DNA from: Hydrolagus colliei
Taxonomy: Eukaryota
Direction of reading: 5' to 3'
DNA: 64,000 nucleotides
NCBI GenBank assembly: GCA_035084275.1
Contig: CM068757.1
Span: forward strand, 3,534,001 to 3,598,000
Of the stretch, positions 24,539 to 35,735 are shown piece by piece (the stretch's first letter is position 1; each line of letters begins with the position of its first letter). Under the pieces are notes generated by a model, which saw only the letters and a list, made by a program, of their open reading frames with translations, did not search any database and was not told the DNA's origin. The translations under genes were made by a program, and so were the position numbers.

Positions 24539-25904
24539 TGGCGTCCTTCATGTCGGATAATATCTCGGAAAGCTTCTCAGCAGATCCAAACGAGGAGGAA
24601 GGGGAGAGGAACATGCATGTGTACAAACATTACTCGAATGCAACGCTTCCACTGACAATCTATTGTAAGGCAAAGCCAGTAATAGAGCTCTCTGGCACTA
24701 AGAAGATCAATTATGTAAAACTACTCCTTTAAAAATAATAAAAAATTCAAAGTAAATTTTACACACCACTTTGCGATGGCCAGTGCTTCACTATAATTAG
24801 ATGTTCATTAATAATCAAAACCACACAGAAAAGGGGTTAAGTAATAAGATCGCACTGTGCGAGGCTGTCACAATAAGCTGTGGGTCAGTTCAGGTGATGT
24901 GCAGCACATTTCTGAAGGCATTGGAACGGATTCAAAACTAGAACAAGAGAAAGTGATGGCATGGCTTCTATTATTCCCACATCTGATTCCCAGGTGATAC
25001 TATTTATTTCTGTTTATTAGAAACCTGTCAATCTCATTTCCTGCAGGTGCAAAGGCAGAGTCTGTCAACCTTTATATAATCTTTATAATTACAGGATGTA
25101 ATAGTCCTATTCCAGCATCTTTTCCTGAGCGTGATTTGAAACAATCCACATAACATCAAATTCGAATAGTTAGCAAGAAGCACTCCTTTGGAGAAAATGA
25201 CAGGACAATTACAGCTTGTAGATTTTGCCTTTTTGCATAAACATTTCAATCAGCGAGAAGATGCACTTTGGCAGTAAATAATGATTTAACTTAATTGTTA
25301 AAAATTAGAAATTTAAATGAATTTAAAAATAAACAATGTTGATGGTATCGTTTTTTAAAAATACAGTATAATCGATTGTTCAGATTGTTCCAGGACAGTA
25401 GTGCATAGGCTAGTATTATTATTATTTCAATGACAGTGTCTTGTAATTTATTTTTGATTTTCTTTGTTAGCAGCCATCAAGAAGAAGCTGAACACTTTCA
25501 TCTTAAGATGCATCAGAGTCGCTGCCTATTGGTTAGTCCAACCTTTCAAGTTAGAAACTAAGCCTTTATGAGGTTTTCTGGATCTTCACATCACATTGGG
25601 GATAATAAATCAATTTTTCTGAATTCAGAGGCAGAATTTAAAAAATTGAAAACAAATACAAAACTTAAACAAGTACCCGATATGTTATAAAAGGTTTGAA
25701 GCCACTTACATTTGGGGGAAAGAATAACATGTAAAACCGAGAGTAATCAGTGAATACTGTTAACTGGAAACTGAAAGCTAATCTGGTAATCATAACAACA
25801 GCATGAAGTATTTTGAAAAAATAGTGAGCTATCCAGCAAGGTCAGATAACAACAAATATGTGATCTGTACATCATATGAGAGCTGTACGAAAATAAATGT
25901 ACAA

Positions 25905-26030
25905 ATTTCACCCCAAAAATACGCAGTCAATCCACTTTACAGTATATGTTGTGAACCTCTTTGAGAGTTCTCAACAATAAGACACTATACCAAATGCACA
26001 GATTATAATAATAATGATTATAATGATGTA
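25905..26030 (+). mobile_element. SINE 3' fragment
   Basis: cagtcaatccactttacagtata...ctataccaaatgcacagattat. Confidence 0.7.
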
Positions 26031-26884
26031 TTAAAAAAATTACCTGTCCATGTTTTGAACATCCTTCAGCATCTCAATTGGCTTCTCTTAAGTGTTTCTC
26101 TTCACAGGAGCTACGTCTCTCCCGCAGGTTACCAGTGTAGCCTGAAGATCATCTGCAGAGTTGCTGAAGATATGATAAGAGATGCATATTACCATTATCA
26201 GATCATTAATGTTAATAAGTTCCATGGAGAAAATATTTGAGATAAAAGTATGTAGTTTAGTTAAAAAGCATGTCTAGTTAACAAGTTATATACTGTACAA
26301 GAGTTTTGAGACTCAGAATCATCAGACTTCAGTTAAAGAGTTAAAATTAACTCCATTATTCTAGACATGATATATGAACTCAATAGCAACACAGTGACAA
26401 ACGGAATGTGAATTGGTGTGGCAGGTATGAGACCCTCTTATGTAGATTCTGTTACTATAAAATGTCAGTGTCGGAAGTTTCTCCTAAAAATAAACAAGGG
26501 GATCACCTTGCTCATGGGGTGACAAGTCGCACCTGTAGAATGAATCAGGTAATCTTACTCATTGATGTGTGCTTGAGACTCTTCAGGCTCAGTAACTGCT
26601 GAGTAACACACAACATTAATCTGTTCGCAAGTTAGTATTTGACGTATGCAACAACAAAGTCACCCTTTTCTTCTGATGAGAGAAGAGAAATGACTGGATC
26701 AGATGATCTGATTTACCTGTCAACGTGTATCCTGTAACCACTTGATGTTGTGAATGTCATATCTGCTGCTACTTTACACGGGAGCAAAATATGCTTCAGG
26801 CCAGGTTTGCAGACATTGAGAATTTGGGCAATGTGTAACACTGCGTTCTGGCCAATTTATGACTTGTGGAATGAAGTGGCTGTC

Positions 26885-27041
26885 CTCTCTCTTCCCTCCA
26901 CTCTCCCCGATCCCGACCCCATCTCAGGTCTGTCCAGTGCCTTAGGATGTCCTCCCGACGTGAAAGGCGCTGTACCGGTTTCCTGAAAATGAGATCCCAT
27001 TCTTGGAATAAATTTAATTTTGTTGTTGTTGTTGTTGTTGT
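26885..27041 (+). mobile_element. L2 3' end carrying a ~35-nt insertion
   Basis: ccagtgccttaggatgtcctcccgacgtgaaaggcgctgtac [insert] aaatttaattt(tgt)n. Confidence 0.85.
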
Positions 27042-27819
27042 TTGAAGGTGAGTCTGCAAATGTAGTATAAAATATACGTTGAGAGACTTGTGTCTCTCGG
27101 ACGAATACAAAGTCAATCGAATTGAAGTCTGTTACCATGGAAGTCAAGGTCATTCTGTTGGTGCGTCGGTTCACCTTCGACGGGCTTGAGCTATTCAACT
27201 AGGCTGAGAATGGCTGCGAATCAAGCAGAGTGCTTTGCTGTTTGCAAATTGTTGTGTGCCACGCTAATGCAGCCACATTTACCCACTGGCACACCAGCTG
27301 AACAACCGTGTCAGCCAATAATGCCACAGGATCACTTGACCATGATTAAGCAGCAAACAAAAGCACCCTTAACAAATGTCATGATACGAGTGAAAAAACA
27401 CATATATTTCCATAGTAACCATCAGTTTGGAAATGAAACCAGATAGCTAATGAACAATGCAGACCAGCTCTTCTTAACAGCTGCTGCTACCCTGCTGGAA
27501 GGTAACAAACACATAGCGTAAAGAATCTGGTGTAAGGGATCAGTTGGCATTATTATGGGCTGTCAATGCTATCCCATGGATGTTCATGAATGATGAAGCA
27601 CGGAACGCCATTGATGTATTGGCGCATTGAGTCATATCGCATACGACTCGGTGGAACCAAACACCAAGTTCCTTAAACAGTAATAGTCTCCAACACTTAG
27701 CTTGGAATCAGGGATCAACCCACATCACTCTCTGAAGATTTCGCTAGATGGGTATAACTGAACCTCAAGTTTGAAGAAGTGCAGATCTGCTGTAATTGCA
27801 TGTTGAGTGGGCCTAAAAA

Positions 27820-27867
27820 TAACCCTAACCCTAACCCTAACCCTAACCCTAACCCTAACCCTAACCC
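27820..27867 (-). repeat. Interstitial telomeric repeat (TTAGGG)8
   Basis: Eight perfect taaccc units on the + strand. Confidence 0.97.
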
Positions 27868-28394
27868 TATTGAATATTTCAGGGAGGATAAAATCAGGAA
27901 TTTGCAATATTTCTTTATGTATCCGGAGAGATTTTAATTCGCTGATGGATCGTCCCAAGTAGGAGTCCTCTCAACTATTTTAATGACCCCCGCACCCATT
28001 GTTAAAGCAAGAGTTGCAACAGCAGGTGATAGGAAGACCGTTGCTATAACTATTGTGTTCATAGCACTGAGCGAGGGAGGAGAGTGGGGGCTCTCCAGAG
28101 TTATTCTCAGACTTAGAGACAAACTGAGAGTTGCTCTGGTAATGTATGGCACAGCAACATGTTGTTTTTTTGTGTGCAGAGGCTATGCCATTGATTTCCT
28201 GAAAATGAGATCCTATTCTTGGAATAAGTGTGGGTTTGCGCAATATGTTGAAGAAATAGGCATGTGTCTATAAATATACAGTCACTACACTTGGCAGCAG
28301 TTTACCATGCGGTGCTGTTAGACATTTCCACATTATAGGCACAATATGTAATTGTTACAAATAAAAAGCTGAGGTTGCTCGTGGCAGCTTGTGT

Positions 28395-28462
28395 CAGTGC
28401 CTTGGGATGTCCTCCTGACGTGAAAGGCGCTACACAAGTTTAATTTTGTTGCTGTTGTTGTG
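28395..28462 (+). mobile_element. Short L2 3' end
   Basis: cagtgccttgggatgtcctcctgacgtgaaaggcgctacacaagtttaattttgttg. Confidence 0.85.
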
Positions 28463-30739
28463 TTGGAAATATTTCCAGTTTACTTTGAAGCCACGGGATG
28501 TTTAAAATGTAAATCACACTCACTCAATCGCCAACGAAGGACCACTATAAACGAGGCAGAGAGGTGAACTTCCTATCTCTCTGTTATCATGTGTCACTAT
28601 CCCCGGCATCATCCCCAAAAAGTATCCGCTGAACGCCGTGGAACTGTTCACTGCGGCTTCAGTCCTTGGGCTTTGACTGAGAACGCTTTCTATTAAACCA
28701 CGTGGAGCAATGTGCGCACAAGTAAATGAAATGTGTGTGAGGGAGGTACTGCTGGAGAGCAGCAAGCCACCTGCTGAACCATGTGTTTGTGTTAATAAAC
28801 TCATTTGGCCCCTACAACTATGTGGTGCATTCCATTTGTACTCGTGGGGAAATGTAATGTTGAGCACCAGCGCTAAACATGACAGAAAGCTGCTGGCTCC
28901 TATTACATGTAACTGCAGCATATTGTTGGACAGAACTGAAGCAGAAATATTTCAGGAAGTTAATAAAAGTGGCCCAGGCCCCGTGGAAAGGCTGTAAATA
29001 CAGAGGGACCCTTTCGTTATCGTAATGGTTTATAGCAGTTATCTCGATCTTAAACCGATTATCTAATAAACAAAAAGGGGCACATGCAGAAATAAAAGAA
29101 CATAATCAGAAAAGAAAAAAATCAACTGAGAGCCTGTTAGATGTAATAGAAGGAATGGATTTTAAGATTATTGCAAGCAGTCGAAGAATTTAACGTTTGC
29201 TTTTCAAAACGTTAGGTGATCGAAATCATTCTAATTTTAAATAGGTTGCATTATTAAACAGAATAGCTACAACATCAACAAGTTGGCTTGCATTTGTAAA
29301 GGGTCTTTATGCGTCAGAAATATTTGGCCTTTTATAATTTTATCCTAATTTGCAAAATATATAAGAGTTTTGTGAATAAGTGCTTCTATCTAATGATATA
29401 TCAATCTGTTGCATATGTCAGGCCATTTGAATTCAAGCAGATGGTTTTATTTTGCAATCTGAAAAAAACAAGCAAAAAGGAATTCTGGATCTGTTGCCAC
29501 AGCCATTAATTGCCCGATCACTTCAAACACAGCTTGTCAGTTCTGAAAGGGAATTAACTCTATCTTGTTGGGTCAATGTTTTGGGCTATCCCTATGCTGA
29601 TACTCAAGTGTCAAATTTGGCAAACAGCCTAACGTGAGAGAGATTTCGGAATGAACCGCATATGTGAACCTATGTTTACCATCTTTATTCAATAATTCTG
29701 CCCTAATCTGCAAAAGCAAAGCATAAGCAGAGTACCCAGGCAAATAGAATATGGTATCCAAATCTAGACAGTTTCCTCAGGATTTTCATACATTACCATG
29801 TACAGCCGCATGCTCAGGGCTATCAATGCTACAGTTAGAAAACTACAATGGCTGTGTATTCACTGTCATTTCAAACATATTGCAATCTTGAATCCTGGCA
29901 TTTATGAGAAATTGAAACAAAAACTCCCAAAGAGCCATATGCATACAGTAAATACAAACAGACTTGTTGATTAACTTTTTTTAAAAAAACTCATTGGACT
30001 TAGTGTGAACAACAAAGAACATACATGATCCCTCATTCCTCAGTCCTCAGTGTTAGAATTTGGCACAATTCAACATCAATTAAATTAAGCTAAAAATAAG
30101 ATAGATGACTGTTTAAGCTGCATTCACACACTGCTTATTCGGTGATGAAACACCATGATTTATCCAGGAAGTTCACAGCCAAACATGCAATATACTTGGG
30201 GGACAGAGGCAGGATCAATTGTGCTGGAGCCCAGTTTGACCTTTATTGCAGTGAGCATCAGAACGGTGGGTGGAATGGCTAAACTTGTACCTTAGAGACA
30301 TTGTGTGATTTGCTTTCACAGATGGTCAAACCAATATCACAGACTCCAATAAACACATCACCGAGGTTTGACTCCACCGATGGTGGGAGGAGAAGATAGG
30401 GAAACCTAGAGCATAGTAACTCAAGCAAACTCCTTTTTGTCGGGTTAATAAAAAGGTAAGATTGCTTGATTACTAAGAGGAAGGCTTTGCCAGCTAACCT
30501 GCTGTGCTAATTGTCAACAGTAATCTACGTATGGTCAGAATAACTAGTTAATTGATACTCCAATGTTCTTGAGAGTTAGATCCTTTTATTTGGGGTGGAG
30601 GGGTGGGCATTAACTGGAAACCATCAGTGAGCAATCAGTGAACACGTCGAAAGTATACACTTTCCCATTCCTCCATTGCTAATGTGAGTCATTACAGTTT
30701 GTACAGTTAGTTACCATTTCCAATGCTAATAAAATACCG

Positions 30740-31035
30740 CCTTACATTTGCTGACATTAAATCCATCTGCTACTCACTCCTCAGCAAATCTGTTGGACTC
30801 AGCTCATTCTTCCTGAATGCCATTTAATCCCCTTCTATTAGTCACCTGCCCACATAGCTTGGTACCATCAGCAAATGTAAATAATATGGCAATGAGTGTT
30901 CAGCTCAAAGTCATTCTATGAACAATGTGAGCAGCAGGGATTCCAGGACAGACTCCTACAGAACTGCCCCCAAATGGAACGTTATCTATTTGATACCTTC
31001 TGCTTCCCAATGCTTGGCCGGTTTTCAATCAGACT
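30740..31035 (-). mobile_element. Decayed CR1 reverse transcriptase fragment
   Basis: Minus strand tttgctgatggtaccaagcta = FADGTKL (FADDTKL motif); upstream remnants of GSVLGPLLF and WIENWL. Confidence 0.7.
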
Positions 31036-31632
31036 GACTAATTCCTCCATTGCACATGTCATGTAGAGAGAAACCACACTTCTCTCTGGGTGCTGATCTT
31101 ATAGGGTTTTAGGCTAAATTGACAAACCAAGATTGAAACCTAAACTCTTCTGGTCTGGTAGCCAAGGCTAATTTGCCCACCTAATTTCAAAGGAACGTTA
31201 CCTCTATCTCTCTATCTATCTCCCCATTTCAAACCTTCCCAATTCCCTTTACCATCCAAAAACCTATCTTGTTTTCCCCCTTGAAATTGCCTGCACTGGT
31301 CCACATCTGTTGGTTCTCCCCTTAGTCCATTGTAGATTTTATCCTTATCTTTATAAACAATGCTATACCATTTTAGCGCCATCCTGTGGACAGAGTTTCA
31401 CAATTACGTTTCTCTGTCACTGGTAACCCTGCAAGTAACTAGCCAGATATGCCATTCAATCCAAAAATGGACTATTGAGATCCCATCTTCAAATCTACTG
31501 CTCCAACAAAGCCGTTCAGGTATATTGGGTTGAAAAGTACAGTATATGGTGATGAGATGAGATAAAAACCGTTGAGACCACTTATCTAATAAAATCAATG
31601 TTTTCCAACAAATGTTGCCTGAAATGTCGTAA

Positions 31633-31850
31633 CTATTATAATATAATAATAATCCTTGCATTTGATATAGCGCTTTTCACATCTCATCAACATCTCAAAG
31701 CGCTTCATAGAATATACTGTAAAGTGAATTGACTGTATATTTGTGGGCGAAACGAGGCAGCCAATTGCACACAGCAGCGTCCCCACAAACAGTCATGGAT
31801 TGAAATGACCAATTGTATTATTGTGCTTTTTGGGGGAGGGATTATTATTA
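31633..31850 (-). mobile_element. SINE 3' two-thirds
   Basis: Well-preserved match to the other (TTA)n-tail SINE copies. Confidence 0.9.
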
Positions 31851-32006
31851 CTATGGTGAATTGTGATCATACTTGGCCCATCCCATAGTAAGCACATGTT
31901 TTCAAAGTGGCTGCACTGAGAGGCAAGAGGAATTCCTTGTGCTGTATGCTAAAGTGTTCCATCCAACAGAAATAGAATACTTAAGTTGAGACGCAAAACC
32001 TTCATC

Positions 32007-32075
32007 ACACAACAACAACAACAAAATTATATTTATAGAGAAGCTTTCTCATCGGGAGGACGTCTCAAGGTGCTG
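32007..32075 (-). mobile_element. Short L2 3' end
   Basis: (caa)n aattatattt...tcatcgggaggacgtctcaaggtgctgg. Confidence 0.8.
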
Positions 32076-33502
32076 GAAGTACCAAAGTATTAAGAAATTT
32101 GCCTTCCCCCACTTATTATTTCAGGGGTGGGGGTTTCCTCTTTCAAATTTCAGTGTTGATCATTTGCTGAAATGGAAACACAATGAGGTGGTGGGGTGAG
32201 GGGAAGAAAGTCATACACAGATATTATAAGCCCCGGCCCACCATAAACCTCACAATATGTAACTGGCCATAGGAAGACAAAGAAGGAAAATCTTTAATGA
32301 AACTTAGCAGCTCCTTGTGAACACATACAAATCAAATGTAAAACTCATTAAAACGCTACATCCGAGAATACCTTGGGAAATTATTAAGTAAACAAGTGAT
32401 AAGCAAACCAGTGCTGAAAAATCCAATTTGAATATCACAGCCTCCTAATTAATTATGTTGCCCTTGATGTTACTCATGTCTGTAGAATCAATCGTTGTCG
32501 CTATTAATAGGGAGCTTGAACAGACTAGCGATCGGCAAAATCATATCATTTCTCCAGGCAATATTTCAACTCAATTAGCAGGCCATACCAGTGAACATGC
32601 GGTTGTTAGAAAAGGAGAAGTTTTGTAAAGCATAGCTCAGAAAATGGGTCTACAGTTCAGAGATTTTTATTTCTTTTGCCAATTTCTTGATGTTTACCTG
32701 AAGATAATTGGGATTGTCATCTGAAAAATAGTGCATTCAATCTGTAGAAGTAGCAGGAATCATACACAATTTGTTCTTTGATAGTGGATGGATTATACAA
32801 ATGGTTAACCACACAAGTAGCAAATCCAAAATTGTCAGATTTGCGGACCTCTTGTCAAAGAGGCTAGAGTTTTGAGTACCAACAATCACTCATAACCCAA
32901 ATACTGACTTGAACAAGTCGAGGGAGTTCACTTCACAAAAGCGTCTCCAAGTCGTATCAGTTATGAGGAGATTTCTAGTTCCATCCATCACAGCACCACC
33001 TGTGGTTTGAGAATTAATTGGAAAGGAATTCCCTGTGAATCGGATGTGAAAGTATTGTGAAAATGATCTTTTCAAAAAAAGATTATTTTGAATACAGTAC
33101 TATTTCTCTACAGATTCTGATGCCGACTGTTTGCAAATCCTTGCTCAAATTCACTTGACTTTCATAATGACTGCAAGTGCACCATTAGCCTGTTCTTAAA
33201 CCTTTTACCATCTTTCGAAACAACGATTCTCCGCGATCAAAGCAAAATCTGGTGAAAGGAAAGGAAAAGGAAACCTAGTATGAGTGAAAATGTATCCCAT
33301 GTTAACTAGCAATCGCTTAGGAAGTGCGAGGGGATTGCCAGCATTGGATTTGTGTCATGTGTATTCAATATTCTGTTTGTGTAGTCTGGCTGTCAAACAG
33401 TTTGTGTGTGGGTGCCGGATTCATCTTTTCAAAGTTATAAAGAACAGTGAAATGTAAACTGGAACACAGCAATAGCGGGGAAAGAATAGTCGTGAGATAC
33501 TC

Positions 33503-33504
<2 letters not shown>

Positions 33505-33537
<33 letters not shown>
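33505..33537. repeat. (CA)n microsatellite
   Basis: About 16 CA units. Confidence 0.97.
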
Positions 33538-33539
<2 letters not shown>

Positions 33540-34200
33540 CCACACAAAAAGAAATAATGCATCTATTTCCTCTGGGCAAATTGCACACTAAATTCAGCAT
33601 CTCACTTTATTTAAATTTCAAAGGGTATGATACTCCACAGACACAAGGATAATTGGCTTATGTGGGGTGACTGCAGAAGCAGTTGCCACCGCAATAAAAG
33701 ATGTGCCAAAAAAAGTCATGATTTAATTAGTGACCTTAGAGAAAGGTAATAAGGTGATACTGTACTAAACTTGTCTTTGGGGATTGCAGTTGCCAATAAA
33801 ATGGACCTTTTCTAATTGTACAAACGTCCAAAGCATATTATTCGTATTATTGAAGTGCCAACTAAATAGTATGTTTGAGTTAAACATATCCCTTGCTTTA
33901 TCCTACGAATGAATAACGTGGACTTTGCAAGGGTTTCCATCAAACATATGATGAGGTCCCCACATGTGTACAAGCAGCTCTTCCAAATCAAACCATTACA
34001 GTGCAGGTTGAAGTGATAGGAAAGAACATCAATCTAAAAATACTGAATCCACATTATACACATGAAAGTATAATATATGTTTGTTGGCAATAATTTTTGA
34101 CTGTCTTCGGGCGCAACCGTGGAGCCGAAATGGGGGTGGGAGTGAAGTGTGTGGGGAGGAGGATTCACACCCACAGGCTGTTATCAACTGGAAATTACAA

Positions 34201-34252
34201 TGTTTCTTAACAGATTCAATGTGTTAATTAACATTGAATCTGTTAAGAAACA
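34201..34252. repeat. Perfect 22-bp inverted repeat, 8-nt spacer
   Basis: tgtttcttaacagattcaatgt gttaatta acattgaatctgttaagaaaca. Confidence 0.97.
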
Positions 34253-34364
34253 ACACAATTTTAACCCCTGTGTGTTATAGTGGCAAACGGTGGCAATCTA
34301 AGCTGGATAACTGAGAAACCTAACAAGGCTTTCCATATTCCCTCCACCCACAGTCTGCATGGAC

Positions 34365-34510
34365 TACTATAATAATAATAATAACAAACAGTTCTTGCAT
34401 TTGATACCGATCCTTTATCATCAAAAAATCTGCAAGCTCTCACAGATGATTGCTGTCATGTGTAGTGACTGTGTAGTTAGAGCCAATTTGAGTGCAGTAG
34501 GTCTTACGGA
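34365..34510 (-). mobile_element. Old SINE 3' fragment
   Basis: (taa)n, cttgcatttgata, gtgtagtgactgtg, gccaatttg. Confidence 0.6.
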
Positions 34511-34851
34511 GATGAAGTGGATGAATCACCTTCCATGGAGGATTGTCGGTGTGGAGATGGTCACATCATAACCAGGGAACCTGCAAACTCGATTGAATAC
34601 TCGATCGTGTTTTGTTTCAGTTGTTCACACCCCACAGGTAGCAGGAATTGCCTCACTGTCTCAACTGGTAGGAATGTGAACTGGTTCCCACCATCTCAGT
34701 TAAAGGATGCTGTTGTTGCCTGAAGGAGGACTGATTTGTATGAAAAACCATTGTCTGTAAGAATTTTTTTTTTATATGAGAGTATGGGAACAAGGGCATA
34801 AAACATTGGGTCATTGAGCAAGCAAAGAGTTGCAACTTGGAGGGACTTCTA

Positions 34852-35102
34852 ACAAGAACAAGAACAAAATGACATTTCTATAGCGCCTTTCACGTCAGGA
34901 GGACGTGCTGGGTCAGCTCGCTCCCCTGCTCAAACTGTAGGGGCCAGCATTGGATGTATTACATCAAACTCCAACTTAATTTCAGGTTTTGTGGTATTGT
35001 CAAATTTAATCGCTTGTGTCGATTAAATATTTTAAATGTACAAGATTGCACTCGCATAGTGCCTTTCACGTCAGGAGGACGTAGGATGTCCCAAGGTGCT
35101 GG
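34852..35102 (-). mobile_element. Two short L2 3' ends (34852-34910, 35055-35102)
   Basis: Both contain gcctttcacgtcaggaggacgt. Confidence 0.8.
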
Positions 35103-35547
35103 AATGTATTTCGAGGAGTACATATTTTAAATTGTTAATATAAACAGGATACTTGTCCTCCCGATTTGGAAAGCTGCAACTCTAAACACTGGTACGTTTA
35201 AAATATTTAATATATAAAATACCAAGCTCCGAAACAATGGTTAGAACAACAGTGTTGCATAGTGCCACAGAGTCTGTAACTTCTATCTGTACCCAGAGCT
35301 AGAGCAGGTGCTGTTATTCTACCCTCGATACCAGTGAAATACCATATGAGGTTCCACTTCAAACCTGAATTTGTGAAGCAAATAAAATAGGCCATGGGCG
35401 GAAGCTGGTAAAATACGAGTCAGACAGAACAGAGACAAAGAAGGAAACACTGGAAAAGGGAAAGAAAAATTAGAATGAATGAACAATTCCAGGACTGAGG
35501 TAGAACATGCTACTGCTGCTCAGATGCATTCCCCTCTAAGCAGTTGT

Positions 35548-35735
35548 TATGATAATAATAATAATCCTTGCATTTGATAAAATAGCGCTTTTCAAGGCTT
35601 CTACACAGACGTCTCAAAGCGCTTCACAGAATATACTGTAAAGTGAATTGACTGTATATTTGTGGGTGAAACGCAGCAGCCAATTGCGCACAGCAGCGTC
35701 CCACAACAGTCATGGATTGAAATGACCAATTTTGA
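35548..35735 (-). mobile_element. SINE 3' half
   Basis: Tail, stem-loop region, gcagccaattgcgcacagcagcgtcccacaacagtcatggattg. Confidence 0.9.

Noticed and set aside
25480-25520. RTE-like KKLNTFHLRC remnant
   Set aside because: Too short and frameshifted to support a call
27136-27190. 55-nt minus-strand exon candidate within the chain
   Set aside because: Weak acceptor, and inclusion leads to a stop four codons into the next exon
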